A DNA stretch of 63,062 bases, counting the filler. It is 6 parts of 6 records of this genome, joined end to end, with 100 filler letters (N's around TTAATTAATTAA, not from the genome) between each part and the next. Parts side by side here need not be neighbours in the genome. Positions count along the whole stretch, not along the records: positions 56,090 to 63,062 come from DRR723986_5323; 5 more parts are not named here. One strand, given 5' to 3'. This document shows, in pieces, positions 58,994 to 63,062 of this stretch; the stretch's first letter is position 1, and each line of letters starts with the position of its first letter. A program made the translations under genes and the position numbers. Below the pieces are notes generated by a model. That model was not told the DNA's origin, searched no databases, and saw nothing but the letters and a program-made list of their open reading frames with translations.

Positions 58994-60186
58994 AGGCGAT
59001 AAAACAGCGCCTTCAGATAGCCGCTTTCGGCCAATTGCGGCATCAACGGATGGTCTGGCCCGGCAAAGCCGGTGTAGATAATCTGCCCCGTGCGCCCCGC
59101 CCGCCCGATGCCGCGCGACGATGCGCTGCGGAATTTCGCCAGATCCGCCGCATGCGAGCACGAACACAGGCCCAGATAGCCCCCCTCGGCCACCAAGGGC
59201 GCCGCCAGCCGCGCGATGCGCTCGTAGGCGCGCAGCCCCGCCTCTAGCGCCTGTTTGCTGGGCGCAAATGCCGGCGGGTCACAAATGACCAGGTCAAACT
59301 GCGCACCCTCATCGGCCAAGGCCGCCAGCGTATCAAAGGCATCGCCTTGGCGGGTGGCAAAGCGGCCCGCCACGCCACTGGCCTCGGCGCCCTGGCAAGC
59401 CAGCGCCAAGGCCGGGGCCGAGCCATCAACCGCCAGCGCCGATTGCGCGCCATTGGCCAAAGCCGCCAGGCCAAAGCCGCCCACATGCGAAAACACATCC
59501 AAAACCCGCGCGCCCTGCGCCAAACTGGCGGCAAAGGCGTGATTGGGGCGTTGATCGAAAAACAGCCCGGTTTTTTGCCCTCCCATGACATCGGCCATAT
59601 AGGTGGCGCCATTCATCGGCACCGGCAGCGGCGCGCTGGGGGCTTGGCCGCACAGCACCTGGCTTTGCTCGTCCAGCCCTTCCAGGGCGCGGGCGCGGCC
59701 GGTGGCGTTTTTCAACACCGTGCCCACCCCCGTCACCGCCACCAGCGCCTGCACCAAGGGCGCCAGCAACACATCGGCCCAGGCGGCATTTGGCTGCACC
59801 ACGCAGGTATCGCCAAAACGGTCGATCACAACGCCCGGCAGGCCATCGGCCTCGGCGTGGATCAGCCGGTAATAGGGCTGCGGGTAAAGACGCGTGCGCA
59901 AATCCAGCGCTTTTTGGATACGCTGTGCAAACCACGCCTGATCGATGAGCACGCTTAAATCGCGTTCCAGCACGCGGGCCGTGATTTTTGACTGGGGGTT
60001 CACCGCCACCAAGGCCAGGGGCTGGCGTTCGCCATCTTCCAGCACAGCGATTGTGCCGGGCGCCATGGCGCGGGCGCGCCGGTCTAGCACCAATTCGTTA
60101 TCATAAACCCATGGCGCACCATGACGAATGGCGCGGGCATTGGCCTTTGGTTTCAGGCGGAGGGTGGGCATATCAGCTGTTGTCAT
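58990..60186 (-). CDS. RlmI-like SAM-dependent RNA methyltransferase (RSP_2647-like)
   Basis: PUA-like N-terminus (HGAPWVY), HAEADGLPG, GQKTGLFFDQR, DVFSHVGGF, DPPAF. Confidence 0.92.
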   Translation of the reverse strand: MTTADMPTLRLKPKANARAIRHGAPWVYDNELVLDRRARAMAPGTIAVLEDGERQPLALVAVNPQSKITARVLERDLSVLIDQAWFAQRIQKALDLRTRLYPQPYYRLIHAEADGLPGVVIDRFGDTCVVQPNAAWADVLLAPLVQALVAVTGVGTVLKNATGRARALEGLDEQSQVLCGQAPSAPLPVPMNGATYMADVMGGQKTGLFFDQRPNHAFAASLAQGARVLDVFSHVGGFGLAALANGAQSALAVDGSAPALALACQGAEASGVAGRFATRQGDAFDTLAALADEGAQFDLVICDPPAFAPSKQALEAGLRAYERIARLAAPLVAEGGYLGLCSCSHAADLAKFRSASSRGIGRAGRTGQIIYTGFAGPDHPLMPQLAESGYLKALFYRL

Positions 60187-60285
60187 AGCGCCCTATTACG
60201 CTGCTTCGCTGTTTGGGGAAAGCGCATTGTTTGGGCGCTGGGGCCGCCTTAGAAATGGCCCCTTGCACCCTGCCCCGCCTTGCGC

Positions 60286-60299
60286 TGCTATCGCTAACA
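60286..60299. promoter_or_regulatory. Possible LacI-family operator upstream of edd
   Basis: TGCTATCGCTAACA, two mismatches from the palindrome TGTTAGCGCTAACA, 34 bp before the edd start. Confidence 0.55.
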
Positions 60300-60333
60300 G
60301 AATATAGCACCCCTACCGATAGCCGAGGACCAC

Positions 60334-62160
60334 ATGCCCCTACATCCCGTTGTCGCCGAGGTTACAGACCGTATTCGCGCCCGATCGGCCCCGCGGCGCG
60401 CGGCATATTTGGCCGCGATGCGCAGCGCGCGCAAACAAGGGCCAAACCGCGGGCATCTGGGCTGCTCGAACCAGGCGCATGCCTATGCCGCCACCGGCCC
60501 CGACCAGGGCGCGCTGGCCACGGGCCATGCCCCGCACCTGGGCATCATCAGCGCCTATAACGATATGCTGTCGGCCCACCGCCCCTATGAAACCTACCCC
60601 GAACTTATCCGCCAAGCCGCCCGCGACATAGGCGCCACCGCGCAGGTGGCAGGCGGCGTGCCTGCCATGTGCGATGGTGTAACACAGGGCGAGGCGGGGA
60701 TGGAGCTGTCGTTGTTTTCGCGCGATGTCATCGCCTTGGCCGCGGCCGTTGCGCTATCGCATAACACCTTTGATGCAGCGGTGTTTTTAGGGGTTTGCGA
60801 CAAGATCGTGCCGGGGCTGGTGATGGCCGCGGCCAGTTTTGGCCATCTGCCGGCGGTGTTTTTGCCCGCAGGCCCCATGGCCAGCGGCCTGCCAAACGAG
60901 GAAAAGGCCCGCATTCGCCGCGAATATGCCGATGGCAAGCTAGACCGCGCAGCGCTGATGCAGGCGGAAATGGCCAGCTATCACGGGCCGGGCACCTGCA
61001 CCTTTTATGGCACCGCCAATTCCAACCAAATGCTGATGGAGATGATGGGCCTGCATATGCCCGGGGCGGCCTTTGTGCCCCCAGACGGGGCGCTGCGCAC
61101 GGCGCTAACCCGTGCCGGCGTGCAGCGGGCGCTGGCCATTACGGCGCTGGGGGGTAGCTATACACCGCTGTGCGATATTTTAGACGCCCGCGCCTTTGTG
61201 AATGGCATCATTGGGCTGATGGCCACTGGCGGGTCAACCAACCTGGCGCTGCATTTGCCCGCCATGGCGCGCGCCGCGGGGCATGAAATAACCACCCAAG
61301 ATTTTGCCGATCTTTCCGCCATCACACCGCTTTTGGCGCGGATCTATCCCAATGGTCTGGCCGATGTGAACCATTTTCACGCAGCCGGCGGCATGGCCTA
61401 TGTGATTGCCCAGCTGCTGGATGCGGGGCTGGTGCATGCCGATGTCAGCACGGTGGCCGGGCCGGGGCTTTCGCGCTATGCCGCCGAGCCGCAGCTCGAC
61501 AATGGGGCGCTGTGTTACAGGCCTGCCCCGAAAGCCCCCGAAAACACGGCTATTTTGCGCCCTCATGATGCGCCCTTTCAGCCCAGTGGCGGGCTGGTGC
61601 ATTTGGCCGGCAATCTGGGCGAGGCGCTGATCAAAACCTCGGCCATTGCCCCAGACGCACATATCATCGAAGCCCCCGCCGCGGTGTTCAACAGCCAAGA
61701 GGCGGTGCGCGCAGCCTTTAAGGCAGGCCAGCTGAACCGCGATGTGATCGTGGTGGTGCGCTTTCAGGGGCCGCAGGCCAATGGCATGCCCGAATTGCAC
61801 GGGCTGACGCCCGCCTTGGGGGTTTTGCAGGGGCGCGGCTATAAGGTGGCGCTGGTGACAGATGGGCGCATGTCGGGGGCCAGTGGCAAAGTGCCTGCTG
61901 CCATTCACCTTGCCCCCGAGGCCGCAGCCGGTGGCCCATTGGCGCGGCTGCAAGATGGCGATCTGCTGCGCCTGGATGCCAGCCAAGGGCGGCTCGATGT
62001 GCTGACCCCCGGCGCGCTGCAGCGCAGCCCCGCCAGCCCGCCGCCACAGGGCCCCGACCCGCTGGGCGCGGGGCTGGCCCTGTTCGAGGTGTTTCGCCGC
62101 AACGTGGGCCATGCCAACACCGGCGCCAGCGTGATCTTACCCCACAGCCCCAACGAATAA
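60334..62160 (+). CDS. edd: 6-phosphogluconate dehydratase
   Basis: YNDMLSAH, PAMCDGVTQG, CDKIVPG, GTCTFYGTANSNQ, GGSTN, GMPELH, TDGRMSGASG. Confidence 0.97.
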   Translation: MPLHPVVAEVTDRIRARSAPRRAAYLAAMRSARKQGPNRGHLGCSNQAHAYAATGPDQGALATGHAPHLGIISAYNDMLSAHRPYETYPELIRQAARDIGATAQVAGGVPAMCDGVTQGEAGMELSLFSRDVIALAAAVALSHNTFDAAVFLGVCDKIVPGLVMAAASFGHLPAVFLPAGPMASGLPNEEKARIRREYADGKLDRAALMQAEMASYHGPGTCTFYGTANSNQMLMEMMGLHMPGAAFVPPDGALRTALTRAGVQRALAITALGGSYTPLCDILDARAFVNGIIGLMATGGSTNLALHLPAMARAAGHEITTQDFADLSAITPLLARIYPNGLADVNHFHAAGGMAYVIAQLLDAGLVHADVSTVAGPGLSRYAAEPQLDNGALCYRPAPKAPENTAILRPHDAPFQPSGGLVHLAGNLGEALIKTSAIAPDAHIIEAPAAVFNSQEAVRAAFKAGQLNRDVIVVVRFQGPQANGMPELHGLTPALGVLQGRGYKVALVTDGRMSGASGKVPAAIHLAPEAAAGGPLARLQDGDLLRLDASQGRLDVLTPGALQRSPASPPPQGPDPLGAGLALFEVFRRNVGHANTGASVILPHSPNE

Positions 62161-62168
62161 GGCCCCCC

Positions 62169-62807
62169 ATGCCACAGCCAGCCCCCCCTTTAACCGCCAC
62201 CACCCTATGCGCCATGGCCCCGGTTATTCCGGTGTTGGTGGTCGATAGCCCCGCCGCGGCCCAGCCCCTGGCGCGGGCGCTGGTGGCGGGGGGCTTGCCG
62301 GTGCTTGAGGTCACATTGCGCACCCCCGCCGCCCTAGAGGTAATTGCCGAAATGGCGCAGGTGCCCGGGGCCATTGTGGGGGCAGGCACCGTGCTGGGGG
62401 CTGCGGATTTGCGCGCAGCCGAACAGGCCGGCGCGCGCTTTGCCGTCAGCCCTGGCACCACAGCCGCCTTGCTGGGGGCCGCAGAAAACAGCCCGCTGCC
62501 CCTGCTGCCCGGTGCCGCCACCGCAAGCGAGGTGATGGCCCTGGCCGAACGCGGCTATGTGATGCAGAAATTTTTCCCAGCCAAGGCGGCAGGCGGGGTT
62601 GCGGCGCTGAAATCTTTGGCCGGGCCCCTGCCTTTGGTGCAGTTTTGCCCGACCGGGGGGATCGACGCGGCAAATGCCGCCGAATTTTTGGCACTGGCCA
62701 ATGTGGCCTGCGTGGGCGGCAGCTGGGTGGCGCCCGCCCCATTGGTGCGGGCCGGCGCCTGGGGCGATATCACCGCGCTGGCCCGCAAGGCCGCCAATTT
62801 GGCTTAA
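62169..62807 (+). CDS. eda: KDPG/KHG aldolase
   Basis: LEVTLRT, GAGTV, FAVSPG, KFFPA, CPTGGI, GGSW. Confidence 0.96.
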   Translation: MPQPAPPLTATTLCAMAPVIPVLVVDSPAAAQPLARALVAGGLPVLEVTLRTPAALEVIAEMAQVPGAIVGAGTVLGAADLRAAEQAGARFAVSPGTTAALLGAAENSPLPLLPGAATASEVMALAERGYVMQKFFPAKAAGGVAALKSLAGPLPLVQFCPTGGIDAANAAEFLALANVACVGGSWVAPAPLVRAGAWGDITALARKAANLA

Positions 62808-63062
62808 TCCGGGCGCACGCGCGCGGCGGTTTTATCGGCAAAGGCCTGCAGGCGCGCACGTGCGGGCGCTTGGGTGTTCACAATACCCGCCACGCAGGCC
62901 TCGGCATAGGCGGCATCGAGCGCCGACATATTTTGCATATGGCTGATCGCACTGCAGATGGCGAAATTGGTCAGCGGCAGGTTTTGCGCCGCGCGCTGCG
63001 CCAATTCCAGCGCTTTGGCCTCGGAATCTTGCACCAGATATTGCGCCAGCCCCACCGAAATT
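62804..63062 (-). CDS. Crotonase/enoyl-CoA hydratase family protein, C-terminal part
   Basis: GLAQYLV...KALELA...[12 protein letters not shown]-terminal pattern of crotonases; runs off the window. Confidence 0.65.
   Translation of the reverse strand, partial: ISVGLAQYLVQDSEAKALELAQRAAQNLPLTNFAICSAISHMQNMSALDAAYAEACVAGIVNTQAPARARLQAFADKTAARVRPD

Noticed and set aside
1-63062. rRNA, tRNA, CRISPR arrays, IS elements, defence systems
   Set aside because: No cloverleaf, repeat-spacer array, transposase or recognisable defence gene was found by reading. tRNAscan and Infernal were not run.

Overview
This window is not one locus. It holds six contigs joined by 100-bp N spacers, each containing TTAATTAATTAA (8047-8146, 17076-17175, 41799-41898, 49259-49358, 55990-56089). 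Contig 1 (1-8046) looks gammaproteobacterial and is housekeeping: xerD, rplS-trmD-rimM-rpsP, ffh, ypjD, a CNNM protein, a gamma-CA and a Nudix hydrolase. The other five look like Rhodobacteraceae/roseobacter DNA, possibly from different organisms. Contig 2 has msrA, two secreted acidic proteins, an MFS transporter, a fatty-acid desaturase and the polyol genes smoK-smoS-mtlK. Contig 3 is the argG-dnaK backbone: ilvA, an Hpt plus receiver-PP2C pair, hslO, cca, two ABC exporters, a voltage-gated Na+ channel and a sulfotransferase/glycosyltransferase/galE/kdsB/cysQ/kpsM surface-glycan locus. Contig 4 is ptsP plus a hut operon with its HutC operator. Contig 5 is accessory: three CtrA-type boxes precede an extended Flp-pilin-like protein, an outer-membrane barrel-like protein and a prophage-free tailspike-like beta-helix protein. 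Contig 6 has VWA, DedA, M48, PIN/RlmI-like genes and edd-eda. The best candidates for undescribed biology are (i) an aromatic-rich leader peptide (MYYGIWFT) with RBS-sequestering structure upstream of the tandem ABC exporters and (ii) the putative CtrA-controlled surface module on contig 5. No rRNA, tRNA, CRISPR array or IS element was seen. All calls come from reading motifs; no searches were run.
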